Source: Octopus vulgaris (taxonomy: Eukaryota). From it: a stretch of 64,000 nt of DNA. Made by a program: the position numbers and the translations under genes. This document shows, piece after piece, positions 39,067-53,181 of the stretch. Positions within the stretch are counted from its first letter, which is position 1, and every line of letters begins with the position of its first letter. The notes beneath the pieces were generated by a model. The model worked only from the letters and a program-made list of their open reading frames with translations, did not search any database and was not told the DNA's origin. The stretch spans positions 105,400,001 to 105,464,000 of the forward strand of contig OX597823.1 of the NCBI GenBank assembly GCA_951406725.2, read 5' to 3'.

Positions 39067-40658
39067 GCATGTAAATATAAATCTGTGTATATGTATGGCA
39101 GAATCTAAACATGTGCATATTTGTAATATATGTTTTTATACATACACATACACACACTCACACACACGCAAACACACTACATACACACACATACACACCT
39201 TCATGCATGTATGTATGTATGTATGTATGTATGTATGTCTGTATGTATGTATGTATGTATGTATGTATGTATGCATGCATGTATGTATGTATGTATGTAT
39301 GTATGCATGTATGTATGTATGTATGTATGTATGTATGTATGTATGTATGTATGTATGTATGCATGTATGTATGTATGTATGTATGTATGTATGCATGTAT
39401 GTATGTATGCATGCATGTATGTATGTATGTATGTATGTATGCATGCATGTATGTGTGTATGTATGCATATATATGTGTATGTTTACAAGGCATTGGTCAG
39501 CTCGAAGCATTACTAGAAGAAATTTGCTCAAGGTAACGTGCAGAGAGACTGAACACGAAATCTTATGATTATGAGCTGAATTTTTTACCTCATTTACCTG
39601 TCTGTACCTATATTTCTTCATTAGGGAAATCGACGTTGGTGCTGATGATGACGTACCTGTTTAGGATGAACCCACATTAGAGGTGCATATCGCGACCAAA
39701 AGCTAAAATTTATTCACAATCAATAATGTCAAAGAACAATGTTTAGTTTCTGATTTTTGAATACGTTTATTCCATTTTTTTTTCCATCTATCGTTAATTC
39801 TAGTTTGGTTGAAGCATTCACTTACGACATTAAGTCCTTTCATCGTAACTGGAATAATAGGGTAAAACTTTTACTAGCGTGAAAGACGATTCCTCTCGTA
39901 AAGAAACACACACACACACACGCAGCGTGCGCACTCGTTCAAAGACAAACATATGAATAAATACGACCAGTCTCAACGCTAAACAGTTATTTTCAAATGT
40001 GTTTGTTTGATGTGATTTTTCTGAGTTGTTTTCGCCTCTCTTCCATATTTATTTATCATAATAGACTAATGTCACAGGTTTAAATATTCTAACTTATTGT
40101 TACATATTTATTCAACACTTTGTGGTATTATACCCCAGATTACATCAGTCGGAACGTGTTGTATTTAGCACCACATGTCTAAAATCTATAATATATATAT
40201 GTATGTATGTATCTATCTATATATATATTTGTGTGTCTATATATATATATAGTTGTGTATTATACAGAAGCACAAATGTTTCTTAATGTATCTCTCAATA
40301 CATCTTTATGTTACAGAAACAGAGAGGTGCTCTCTGCATAATGCTGGGCCATAATAATAAAGTAATGCGTTTAGTGGCAACATTTGCTGTCCGCGTGTAT
40401 GCCATAAGGAAACTTCCTCACGAAAGTATTGTTCCCGGGAAGGAGGAGCAAAATTTGAAAAGCTGGCGGATTCTCCTCCCACTTTAAACTATACACGACT
40501 TTGAATATCCCAAACAACACACAAGATATGCGTAGTTCAATTCTCGACAGTGGATTATACATTTTTCGCTAAATAAAGTCACCTTAATCCAAATATTTTC
40601 CACTGCTATCGAAGATATAACGCTATATGAAACCCGTAGGTACCCGACAAAAATATTT

Positions 40659-40888
40659 ATTTCTTTATTGCCCGCGGGGGACTTAACATAGAGGAGACAG
40701 ACAAGGACAGACAAAGGGATTAAGTCGATTACAACGACCCCAGTGCGTAACTGGTACTTAATTTATCGACCCCGAAAGGATGAAAGGCAAAGTCAACCTC
40801 GGTGGAATTTGAACTCAGAACTTAGCGGCAGACGAAATACCGCTTGGCATCTCGCCTGGCGTGCTAACGTTTCTGCCAGCTCGCCGCC
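40659..40888 (-). mobile_element. SINE family B
   Basis: Full copy with an imperfect TSD TACC(C/T)GACAAAAATATT. Confidence 0.9.
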
Positions 40889-40975
40889 TTACCTGACAAA
40901 AAAATATTGAAATATATTTTAATATCATTATTTATACAATACTTTGGAAATCTATACATGCATATTCTTACATCT

Positions 40976-41090
<115 letters not shown>

Positions 41091-41582
41091 AACTGTCACT
41101 TAATATGACTAGGGTGCTAGAACAACTACATTGCTAGAAATAAGAGTTAGAAAGCTCTAATGCTGTAGTGAAAGCTTATAATTTTATACATATGAACTGA
41201 CAGGGACTGTAATCGCCCGAAATCACCGGCCGGGAAATTGCCTATAGCGATCGGTTAGTTTCAGCTAATTCCGCAACTTCATCAGTAGGTACTGCTCAAT
41301 TCGGCTGATTCCAGAGAATTAAGTCCAGAATCAGCTGAGTCGAGCGATCCCTACTGATGAGGCTACGGAATTAGCCGAAACTGACCGATCAGTATAGTTT
41401 CTTCTCGGCCGGTGTGTTCGGGCGATTACAGTCCCTGCCAGTACATATGTATACAATTATGTTCTTTAATTACAGCATTAGAGGTTTTTATCTCTTATTT
41501 CTTGCAATGTAGTTGTTCTAACACCCTAGCCATATTTACTGACAATTATAGTTTTCCTTTTTGGTAACACATTGCACACGGC

Positions 41583-41586
<4 letters not shown>
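41091..41586. mobile_element. Fold-back PLE-like end: diverged ~225-bp arms plus ~38-bp extension
   Basis: Arms 41091 to ~41312 and ~41325 to 41547. (TA)n/(TAGA)n flanks. Confidence 0.88.
41351..41397 (+). ncRNA. Canonical type I hammerhead ribozyme (degenerate mirror 41242-41288)
   Basis: CTA-CTGATGA-GGCTA-CGGAAT-TAGCC-GAAA-CTGA-CCGA-TCAG-TA-TAG. Confidence 0.92.
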
Positions 41587-41614
<28 letters not shown>

Positions 41615-41617
<3 letters not shown>

Positions 41618-41826
41618 GGAGGCTCAAAAGTAGGTTTACAGTTATCACGTAGGCACTTTAGATTTCTTTCAAAACATTTTATTACATTTAAATTTCTATC
41701 TTACAATTAACTAAATTAGCATAGAATAATGGTTTCATATTTTTTTATAACTAAGATCTAAATTGTTAATATATGACTGCGAAAGAGATAGTTGAATAAC
41801 TGTAACTCTATTTTTGGGCCACCCTG
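41615..41826. mobile_element. Tc1/mariner-derived MITE (~212 bp)
   Basis: Imperfect ~30-bp TIRs, CATGGAGGCTCAAAAGTAGGTTTACAGTTAT versus CAGGGTGGCCCAAAAATAGAGTTACAGTTAT. TA flanks. Confidence 0.75.
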
Positions 41827-41972
<146 letters not shown>

Positions 41973-42122
41973 GTGAAATAGAAAGATGAATAATCTTGTA
42001 GCAGATTAATCAAAAGTTTAACCGATACCTTGGTAGCAAAAATTGTGCCTTTCGAAACACGTGTAGAATGAAATAAAACGATTTCTGTTCAATCTTCGTT
42101 CAGCTCCATTTCTTCAATTCAC

Positions 42123-42165
<43 letters not shown>

Positions 42166-42347
42166 GTGTGTGTGTGTGTGTGTATATATATGTATGTATA
42201 TGCCTCTCCGTAAATTAGCGGCTCGACAAAAGAGACAGATAAAATAAGTAGCAAACTTAAAAAGCAATATTGGGGCCTATTCATTCGACTAAAAATTCTT
42301 GGAGATAATGCACCAGCATGTCTGTTGTCTAATGATTGAAACAAGTA

Positions 42348-42399
<52 letters not shown>

Positions 42400-42921
42400 G
42401 AAGGTTTGAAAATGCAATTTTAAAGGTGCTTATCCACTTGACCGGTTTCACTTTTTTAGAAAAAATCATTGTCAAAAGTAAAATGTAAAGCTTTGTGAAA
42501 GCTTTGTTGTATTAAGTACTGGTTGTCACAAAATATTACGATACATATATACATTCTTTGATAATAATAAGAAAATGTTAAAAACAGTTTACAAGGAAAT
42601 ATCTTGAGAAAATATTAAACAAAAATTTCAAGAAAATATATTAGGATTTCATTAAAAATCATGTTTGTTTGGAAGTATCTATATATATATACACAGAAAA
42701 GTATCAGTTCAAAAACAGCTAGATTTGGTAGTATATGTGAAAAAGCATGATTATTTACTGGCTACTGAGTTTTGTATTAATAAATCCCCATTGATTTCTT
42801 GTTAAAATTCTGGCAACGAGGATTAATTCTGGATTTCCCCCACGTATAGTTCGTGAATTTAGAGGGTTTAGATTTGCCATACTATCCCTTTATTTCCCAT
42901 CGTGGATAGGCAGATTTGTTA

Positions 42922-43700
42922 TCTTACTATAATAGGCATTATGCCCGCCTATCTGTCCGTCTATCTGTCTCTTTGTTCCCTCTTCACGACCAGATGGCTG
43001 GACCAATAGTTACGATATTTTTCGGGATTACAAAGACGGTCGTCTGGAAGGATTTTAGCATAAAAAATAATCAGAAAGTATGATTATTTCATGAATATCG
43101 ATTTTTGAATTGATAAACCGCCTTCGCATTTTTATTAAAAATTCACCGAATACGAGTAACTTTGGATTTTTATTGTATAGTTCGTGGCCCCATCATAGTT
43201 ACGAAGGGGTCACGAGGACGGTTAATAGCGAAAATAAAGCGGAAAATGTGTGCGTGATTATTTAGTAGTTATTGAAGTGTGTCAGTCTTGAGTAGGATTC
43301 GAAACGGCTAATTAAAGCAGCTGCTGTTTATATCTCAGTTTTGTCAATCAAAATAACCCATGGTACCTGAACATCCAGACATTATCCGCATAGAACAGTG
43401 AGAGGTAAGCCTTAGTTTGATTTTTGCAACCCTAAAGAATCTGCTCGCACATTCACAGCAAACAAGGGCCAGAGCCAGACTTTAGATCGTGTAGGTGTGT
43501 TTTTACCCACTCCGATGTTTACACAGCCAGTTATAATCATCACTATGAGTAGAGCAACGGACTCCAGTAATTTGAAAATTGGTGTCGACCAAACAGAAAA
43601 TATCGTCTACAAAGAAGTTTTGTTATCATATTGATATTATCAAAAGGAATATGATTCATAATTTAAATAAGGAAATTTGTGAACTTTGAATGTATAAGTG
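42922..43700 (+). mobile_element. Internally deleted Helitron with a Pif1 helicase C-terminal remnant
   Basis: 5' TCTTACTATAATAGGC...(CTGT)-rich. ~43427-43630 translates FTANKGQSQTLDRVGVFLPTPMFTH...MSRATDSSNLKI...TENIVYKEVL. 3' end not resolved. Confidence 0.8.
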
Positions 43701-43907
43701 TATAAACAAGCGTAAACAACTAAAATAAAAAGTATATCTAAATAACACATTTTTTCTTAATACTTTTAATGTAGTGGTCGAGGGTAGCTCTGGCTTTCGT
43801 TGGGAGCGGTCCACATAACCATTCATTATACAGAGGCTGGGAGTTTATTTCAGTTCCGGAGTAAGCCGTCATCACACGTCACATAGTCGTAAACACATGT
43901 CATATAC

Positions 43908-43971
<64 letters not shown>

Positions 43972-44328
43972 CAACAACAACAACAACAACGACAATCCAA
44001 CAATACTGTATCACCAATAGTAATGTGATTTCTCTAAGACAGTGCTTTTCAACCTTTTTGCTGGAGCGGAACCCCAAGGAAACATTCCACTGGCTCTAGG
44101 AACTCCTGTGCAATAATTTAATTGTCTTATGCAAAAAAAAAAAAAAAGCATTTAATTAATGAAATGAAAATACTCATGTTCAGATTTATTTACAATAAAA
44201 TCACAAACTGTAAAAGAATTGTTAAGTACATATGCAGTTTTATTCTTGCATCTGCAGTTATTATTAAAACATGTATTAAAAAAAAAAACTTTAGTTTGAA
44301 TAGATTACATTTATTCTCATCAAAAACT

Positions 44329-46159
44329 CAATGGTGTTTCTTGTACAACTCGTTAAGATTGGATCGATAGACACACACGAAGTTCATCTTCCACAGACAG
44401 CAATTGTGCTCGCTTCTTGTGCTTGATGGTTGTCAGGGCTGAAAATTCAAATTCACAGTAGTAGGAGGTTGAAAACTGCACAAGAAGTCGAAGCGCTTTC
44501 TGGGCGATTGCAGGATATTCCTTTTCAACCAGCAACCAAAATGCATTCAGGTGAAGCTCAGAATGCTTCAACTTTAATGTTCTGTCATTTAAAAAACTGG
44601 CAAGTTCTTCTTCTTCTTCTTCTTCTTCTTCTTCTTCTTCTTCTTCTTCTTCTGTTAATGAGAACTGTTCTTCAAATGGCTCAAATTCCACAAATGGGTT
44701 TCTAATCCAGTCATACTGGTCAAGAGATATCGAGGGAAAATATTTGTAAAGATTTGTTAACAAAGTGTGCAAATGGTTCAAAATCAGTAGCGCAGTTTCT
44801 TGACAATTCCTTTTAAAAACACTTGGAAACATTTCCAAATTTCCTGCAGCTTTGCGTTTCTTCCATATTGTCAATTTCTTCTGAAAAGCATTTATTTTGT
44901 CAGTAGAAGACAAGAATTTTTCGTTCCTGCCCTGCATGCCATTGTTCAAGAGGCTTAGCTCATGAAATATATCGGCAAAATATGCTAACTTGGAACACCA
45001 ATGGTCATCACCCAAACATTCTACAAAGTCTTTCAGATTTTCTTGTAAACAAAAGGCCAATAACTCTTCTCTTAATTCGTAAAAACGAGACAATACTTTT
45101 CCCCTTGACAGCCATCGTATTTCTGTGTGCTGGATTAAGGTGGAATGGTCTGCTTCCATACTCACACAAAGTTCGCAATTTGGCCTAATTTTGAAGTAAT
45201 TATCTATTTTCACTACCCCAATGAAGATTTTTGTTCAGGTCCAAGAGTTTTAGCAGCTAGCGCTTCTCTATGAATGAAACATTTGGATTTTGTTTTTGTG
45301 CGATTGGGACAAAGCCTTTAAGCCATCTGTACAAATACCAACACAGTTTTTCCAGTTCAATCCACAATACTCTAAATATGAATTTAAAACATCAAATACA
45401 TCTTGTCCTTTTCTTGTTTCTCGCAACTCTTTGCAACACAGAACGTCTTCTACAATAGCTTCATCATTAATAAAACGAACAAATACAAGGAGCTGGGATT
45501 TACCAGTGATGTCTGTACTCTCATCAACTTGAAGTGCAAGCAACTTATGTTTCAGTATTTTTGACTTAATATTGCACTCAATGTCTCCTGACATGTCTTG
45601 AATGCGCCTACTTATTATGTTGTCAGAAAGAGGAATTTTATTTAGCCCTGATACAGCATCCTCTCCAAACATTATCCTCACCATTTCCTGGCATGCAGGT
45701 AAAATTACAGTTTCAGCGATGGTATGAGGTTTCATTTTTCTTGCAACTATCTCCGCCATTTTTCTTGCTTCTTCTCCTTTGTCACTCAATTTGAACTTTT
45801 TGGCAAACATAGAAACTTGACTTTTATTAAATCCCAATTCTCTTTTAAAATATTGTTCTTTTTTGCCTGACAACTCTGGATGTTTAGTCGTTAAGTGTCG
45901 TTTCAGTTTGGCTGGTGCCATAGCACTATTAGCCAGATTCTCCCCAGAAACAGTACACAAAGGTGAAGAGCAGTCTGGGTTTCCATTCCAAGTATCCCAG
46001 AGCTATGTAGTTTTCACAATATTGACGAACTTTTAGTTGCAGGTTAATTCCATCATTTCTTGGTAATTTCGACGAGGCAGCATCACTGGCAGTGGTTGCA
46101 GCTTCAACAGGCTGCCTCAGACCCTGCGTCTCTTACGTTTTTTTCAGAAATCTATCCAT
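44329..46159 (-). pseudogene. hAT (ZBED5/SCAND3-like) transposase, frameshifted
   Basis: BED-finger remnant (C..S...LKRHL..KH), LQVDESTD, GICTDG, RWLSRGKVL, FSTSYYCEFEFS. Track ORFs 45268-45960 and 44353-45213. Confidence 0.95.
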
Positions 46160-46674
46160 ACTTGTAAGACTGTAAGCAGAATTGTATATATATAAAAGCA
46201 GGACCAAATGATCTTTAAAGTGTAGCGAGTTTAATGATGTAAAATTTAGCATTTTTTATTAATGTTTTTTAGTAATAGGTATTTGATTATATTTAAACAA
46301 TATGCATATAATAATAAAATAGATTTTCGGATTTTAATTTAAAATGTTGTTTATTTGTTCATTGTTCTAATTCAGAAATTTGTAAGGAATTAATATTTAT
46401 GCATATTTACATAACTTATAATTTAGTATCAGTTTCCCTATTATTTTTTTTTTCTACACATGTAACTCTCTTTCGGATTTTTTAATCTTAACATTTGACC
46501 AAATATTAATAGACGTCATACAAGAAAAAGATTTTACAAAAACGATTTTTAAAAAGCTAAAGATCTTTTAAAAGGCGTATTAACAACAACACCTAAATGG
46601 CTTACGCTGTTAAAATGTTTCTTCCAAATATAGTCACTCGTATTTTACAAAAGAAAACTAAACCATCATCTAAG

Positions 46675-46855
46675 CTGGCATGCAACTCGTGTAGATGTGC
46701 TCATACATATACACACGAAGGATCAGGGTCATCTACGCTGGCGAGTAACTCGTAGTTGTACACGTCGTAGGACTACATGTACACACCAAGGATCAGGGTC
46801 ATCTACGCTGGCGTGCAAATCGTAGATGTACACGTAGGCCTAACATGTACACACA
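46675..46855. repeat. ~70-bp subterminal tandem repeat inside the hAT (about 2.5 copies)
   Basis: TACACAC.AAGGATCAGGGTCATCTACGCTGGCG occurs twice, plus a partial unit. Confidence 0.85.
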
Positions 46856-47782
46856 TATCTGCACAGGAGAATTAAAAATTACTGTCGAGTTTAGCATTTA
46901 TGTAACTTCTTGTGGAACCCCTGGACTGTACTGGCGGAACCATAAAGTTCCGCGGAACCCTGGTTGAAAACCACTGCTCTAAGACATCACCCAGTAATCT
47001 ATCAAGTCCATTTATACATTTCTCAATACATTCTGCTGTTATGACTCCCCTCCTTCTTTTTATGCCTAGATCGTAGATGGGTAGATGTGCTAGTGGTAAT
47101 GATGCCAATTCTGAAAAACTTAACGATGATGAAAGATGTTGGCTATGATGATGTTGATGATGAAGATGTTGGTGATGATGATAATGAAATTGACACTGAG
47201 TGATGGTGACGATGGCGATGGTACTGTTGAGATCGATAAAGCTGTGGCATACGATAATGAGGGTGAGAATGAAAATGATGATTATAACGACGAGCGTGAT
47301 AATGAGGACAACAACGGTATTGGCGATAAAATGTTGTTGTTGCTGCTACTGCTGCTGCTGCTGCTAATGATGAGGATGATGATAACGACGACGACGCTGA
47401 TGATGATGATGGCGACGACGATGACGACGGTGATGATGATGATGGTGGTAATGATGAATGTGATGGTGATGATGATGGTGGTGATGATAACATCGACGTG
47501 ATGGTCCTATTGCTGTTGGTGATGATACTGCTGCTGTTGCTACTACGGATAATGAAGGCAAGAACAATGACGGTGATGATAATCGGTGACGATTGTGATG
47601 ATCAGTGACGATAATTACGGAGCTGAGGAAGATGGCGCGACGGTCGGTGATGTCGTAGCGATCAAGATGGGGGCTGGTTGTTTGCAGTTGTCTTAATAGT
47701 AGTGATAGTGGTAGTAATAATGGTGGTGGTAGTAGTAATGGTAGTAGTAGTAGTAGCAGCAGCAGCAGCAGCAGTAGTAGTG

Positions 47783-47831
<49 letters not shown>

Positions 47832-47891
47832 ACTTTTGCTAATGAATCCGTGGTGTCGGTGGTGTTGATGTCGCTGATACTGCTTCTCCTG

Positions 47892-47939
<48 letters not shown>

Positions 47940-47948
47940 CTATATGTA

Positions 47949-48036
<88 letters not shown>

Positions 48037-48071
48037 ACTATATATATATATGTAATCATTACTTATTATTA

Positions 48072-48988
48072 CTAGCAGAAAGACCGCTCCCTGGAGGGTT
48101 TCTGCTAGTCAAACCGGGAGTGTGTGTGTGCATGTGTATGTGTGTAAGAGAGAGAGAGAGAGAGAGACGGTGGGGGGGGGGAGAAATCATTGCAAACAAT
48201 GAATGAAATAAACATGAAATGAAGAAGTATAAATAAAAGCTCGTTAAAAACTATTTTGTACCGAATATTAAAATTTGTGAACTTGAAATTTTCAATAATA
48301 AAAGAAAGTTCAGAAAGTAAATTTCCCTGAAAACTTCAGTTTATAAAAAAATCTCACTTGCTAAGTAAATATTCCTTTCATTAATTTATCGTAGTTGTAA
48401 TATATCTGTAATATAAACAAACTTCAAGGTTTAGATTGCTAGAAATAGCAGCGATCACATAGTCATTTTTGTAAGGCTTATAGCGCTCTAAACAGCCACA
48501 TCAACAAAATCACTTCTAAATAAAAAAAAAGTTTTCATTTTATTAAAAATAAACATCAAAGTTATACAGCTATTTTGTCTAATAGCATTCATGCATTTAA
48601 TAAATAATTGTTTTACATTACGTATATAGAATAAACTGTGAGTTTTGCAAATAGTGATATAAAAACATTGAAATGAATATATATTAAATTATCATTAATG
48701 AGTGAGTGAGAGTGAGCGACTGTTGCAAAAGAAAACGGAAAGTTTCGTCAGCAGCGAATTAATATTGTTAATTAAATCTACTCCGCAGTGAATGCAACGG
48801 ATATTTAAATTTGTGTAAAAATTTGTAGTACCAAATATTCACTAACCTTCAGAAATCGTAATTACAGGAAATTTCTTGGAACATGAATGTATAAAAAATT
48901 TCCAGACGATAATGCCTTTAGTTATTGTTTTCTTTTAGTAACTCTTACATACCTAATTAATAAGCAGCTTTCTCCATTATAATATAGA
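48072..48988 (-). mobile_element. Non-autonomous Helitron
   Basis: Minus strand A|TCTATATTATAA...hairpin...CTGCTAG|T, i.e. 5'-TC, 3'-CTAG, inserted at AT. Confidence 0.8.
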
Positions 48989-48998
48989 TTATTACTAC

Positions 48999-49427
48999 GG
49001 CGGCGAGCTGGAAGAATCGCTAGCACGCTGGACGAAATGCTTAGCGGTATTTCGCCCGTCGCTACGTTCTGAGTTCAAATTCTGCCGAGGTCAACTTTGC
49101 CTTTCATTATTTCGGGGTCGATAAATAAAGTACTAGTGAAACACTGGGATCAATGTAATCGACTTGTTCCCTATCCCACAATTTCAGGCCTTGTGTCTAT
49201 TGTAGAAAGGATTATCATTATTATTATTACTAAGGCGGTGAGCTGGCTGAATCGTTTGCACGGGGGGCAAAATGTTTAGCGGTATTTCGCCCGTTGCCAC
49301 GTTCTGAGTTCAAATTCCCCCGAGGTCGATTTTGTCTTTCATCGTTTTGGGGTCGATAAAATACCCAGTAAAACACTGGGCTTATCCCCTTCCCCAAAAT
49401 TGCTGCTCTTGTGGCAAAACTTGGAAC

Positions 49428-49479
<52 letters not shown>

Positions 49480-49480
49480 G

Positions 49481-49547
<67 letters not shown>

Positions 49548-50162
49548 CATCATTTTTACTTTCATCTTGCAGTCGGCAAAAAAGGAAAGTTAGCGCAATG
49601 GAGCAAATGCTTACTGGCAGTTATACTGGCTCTTTACATCATGACGTTCTGAGTTCAAATCTCACCGAGTTCGTCTTTCACTTTGATCCATTCAGGGTCG
49701 ATGAAATAAGTATCAGCGAAACACTGGGGTCGATACAATCTACTTGACCCACCCCCAAAATTTAAGGCCTTGTGCCTATAGCAGAAGGTATTCTTTTTTA
49801 CGTTTTAAAGTTGGCAAGCTGGCAGAACCGTTAGCGCACCGGACATAATGCTTAATGGCATTTCATCCGTCTCTACGTTCTGAGTTCAAATTCCTCTGAA
49901 ATCGACTTCGCCTTTCATCCTTTCGGTGTCGAAGAAATAAGTATCAGTTGAGCATTGTTCCTTCTTCCTCAGCATTTCACGTCTTGTGTCTATAATAGAA
50001 AGGATTGTCGTCGTCGTCGTCGGTGTTGTTGTTGTTGTTGTTGTTGTTGTTCTTCTTCTTCTTCTTCTTCTTCTTCTTCTTCTTCTTCTTCTTCTTCTTC
50101 TTCTTCTTCTTCTTCTTCTTCTTCTTCTTCTTCTTCTTCTTCTTCTTCTTCTTCTTCTTCTT

Positions 50163-50193
<31 letters not shown>

Positions 50194-50400
50194 ATTTGCA
50201 TGCTTATAGAGAATCCTTAGAGTGTCTAACAAAATGTGACGCCGTTTTGCTTCCGCCTTTTTGCGTTCTGAGTTCAAATCACACTGGAATAAACTTTACC
50301 TCTCAGAGACCCTAGAATAACGTACCAGTCAAGTACCGAGGTCAATGTAATCGATCAACTCCATTTCTAAAGCTACTGGCCTTGTGCCTAAATTAGAAAC
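48999..50400 (+). mobile_element. Head-to-tail cluster of five SINE family B-type copies
   Basis: Copies start at about 48999, 49234, 49590, 49812 and 50210, each with CGTTCTGAGTTCAAAT. Separated by (ATT)n and (CTT)n. Confidence 0.85.
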
Positions 50401-50756
50401 AATCTTTCTCCTCCTCCTCCTTTTCCGCCTCTTCCTCATCGTCGTCATTGCAAGTATGCAGGTGATTATAGTTAAATGTCATGGTAATTAAGAGTGAGAG
50501 TGCGAGAAATTAAGAAGAAATAAAACGAGAGAGGTGGAGAAAGAGAGAGAGAGAGAGAGAGAGAGGAGAGGGGGAGAAAGAGAGACAGGAGAAGGAGGAG
50601 AGAAGGTGTGAAGAGAGAGAAGGGCGCTAGAAATGAAAGCAATTATTGAAAGAAAAAGAAAGATAGAGACGGAAGAAATGAATGGGTTGGTGTCTGTCGA
50701 AGATATAGAAGGAAAATCAGAGATATGAAAGAGAGGAAAGTGAGTGAGTGAGTGAA

Positions 50757-50800
<44 letters not shown>

Positions 50801-50849
50801 AAGAGAGAGGGAGTGGAGAAACAAACAAACAAACCGAAACACAGATAGT

Positions 50850-51270
50850 GGACAATCAAACAATTCGGATGGTCAAACAAGTCAGACAATGGTAACATTA
50901 GACAATCGACTAATAAGACCACCAAGCAATCAATCGGACATCCGGCAAAACAGTCTCATTGCGTACTCTTGAGACAATCAAATATAACAATCCGACAAAG
51001 TCAGAAAATCAAGTAATCCAGCCAATCATGCAATTTCTACCGTTTGGATGGTCAAAATATGCAGACAATCAGACAAGTACACAGCAACAACATACGACGA
51101 CGACAACAACAACAGCGACAACAATGTAACAACATAATGTAACAACTCAGACAATCGGACAACCCAGGCGGTCAAACATAACAGATATCCAAAGAATGAG
51201 AGGATAAAGAAAAACCCAAATAATCAGACGATCAAATAAGCCAGACGAGCAAATAGGCAGACGATCTAAG
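50850..51270. repeat. Degenerate ~8-mer minisatellite (CAGACAAT-like)
   Basis: Recurrent GACAATC(A/G) units. Confidence 0.55.
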
Positions 51271-51703
51271 AAATATAATGGAAGAAAAACAAAATGGAAA
51301 AAAATATATATATACGCACAAAAGACATGCAGCTGGCTTTGGTGATTTGAAATTATAGATTTCGAATAAAAGGAATGACAAGAATGTCCCTAACAGCCAG
51401 AATCTAGGACAAATTCCTGCTGTCCACTCGATTCCCTCTGTGTCTTTTTATTTTATTTTATTATTATTTTTTTTTTATTAACTCCAACACCAACTGCCCT
51501 TAACACGTACAATACCATTACCACTGCAACTAAAAAGTGAAACTTCCCTCACTGTCCCCTATCATCAGCGCACTTATCTAATGTGTGTATGTATATATGT
51601 ATATATATGAATGATATGACTGTATGTATTTATTATATATGCATATGTATATACATACTTATATATGTATGCATATATGTATATGTACACATATATATAT
51701 ATA

Positions 51704-51770
<67 letters not shown>

Positions 51771-52130
51771 GTATATATATATGTATATATATATATATGT
51801 GTGTGTATATATATATATATATATGTGTGTGTATATATATATATATATGTATATATATATGTATAAAGGAAAGAATATATATATAAATACACACGCAGAG
51901 ACACACATATATATGTATGTAAATACAGATATATACGTACATGTACAGAGACACCCATAGCATACATACATATACACATGCACACACACTCACGCCAACA
52001 AACCTATTTCACCACCACCACCACCACCACCACCACCACCACCACCACCACCATTGTCATCATTCTACTAATGCCCTTACATCTTCAATACCCATCCCCA
52101 CCACAATCACCACCACCGCCGCCGCCACCA

Positions 52131-52161
<31 letters not shown>

Positions 52162-52850
52162 CGCCACCACCACCACCACCACCACCACCTTCACCACAAC
52201 CACCACCACCACCATCGACATAACTAACTAGTTTTGCCATCAGCTCCAGTCTCTTGAAATCATTTTATTATATACATATATATATACACACACACACACG
52301 CACACATATATATTGTCTTGGACATTTTTTATTTATTTTTTTTTTATATATATTTTCTTGAGTTTCATCATTTTAGATCCTGTGACCTTTCCGACCACCT
52401 CCGCCCGACCCCACCGAGCCACACTTCCATACCACATCATCGACACCACTCCTTAGCCCAACCCCCTCGGGGGACTTCGTTCACCAAACGCAGAATTGCT
52501 CATCGCATTGCATGTATGCATATCAAGCCAGTTAAGGCGTGTACAAGTGATTAAATACGGCACGAGATATATTCTACACATACACACATACATCACACGT
52601 ACGAATGTATATATGTATATATGAATGAATGTATGTATGTATGTATGTATGAATGTATGAGTGCATGAATGTGTGTATGTATGTGTGTATGTATGAATGT
52701 ATGTATGAATGTATGTATGAATGTATGTATGAATGCGTGGATTGATAGATGGATGCATATATGTATAGATAAATATATTCATATATACATTATATATGTA
52801 TGTATCTATAAATACATGCTCATAAATAAACATACATACACATACATACG

Positions 52851-52928
<78 letters not shown>

Positions 52929-53099
52929 CATACATATACAAGTATACATACATACATGCATATGCACATATGTGTCATGTATGCATTTATGTAGGTAATT
53001 TCGATTTTATGTGCGTAAACATATGCGCATACTTATGTATGGGTATATATGTATGAGAATATATCTTCATATATGCATATCTATTTCTGTAAAGAATAT

Positions 53100-53181
<82 letters not shown>

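Larger units (their letters stand above)
44040..46976 (-). mobile_element. Full-length hAT transposon, Buster/Charlie family (2937 bp)
   Basis: 15-bp TIRs CAGTG(C/G)TTTTCAACC. Perfect 8-bp TSD CTCTAAGA (nnnTAnnn) at 44032-39 and 46977-84. Confidence 0.97.

Noticed and set aside
46675-46855. Repeat-spacer-like pattern resembling CRISPR
   Set aside because: The intervening segments are also homologous; it is a tandem repeat inside a eukaryotic hAT with no cas genes.
51560-51571. Minus-strand CTGATGA
   Set aside because: No correctly placed GAAA or stems.
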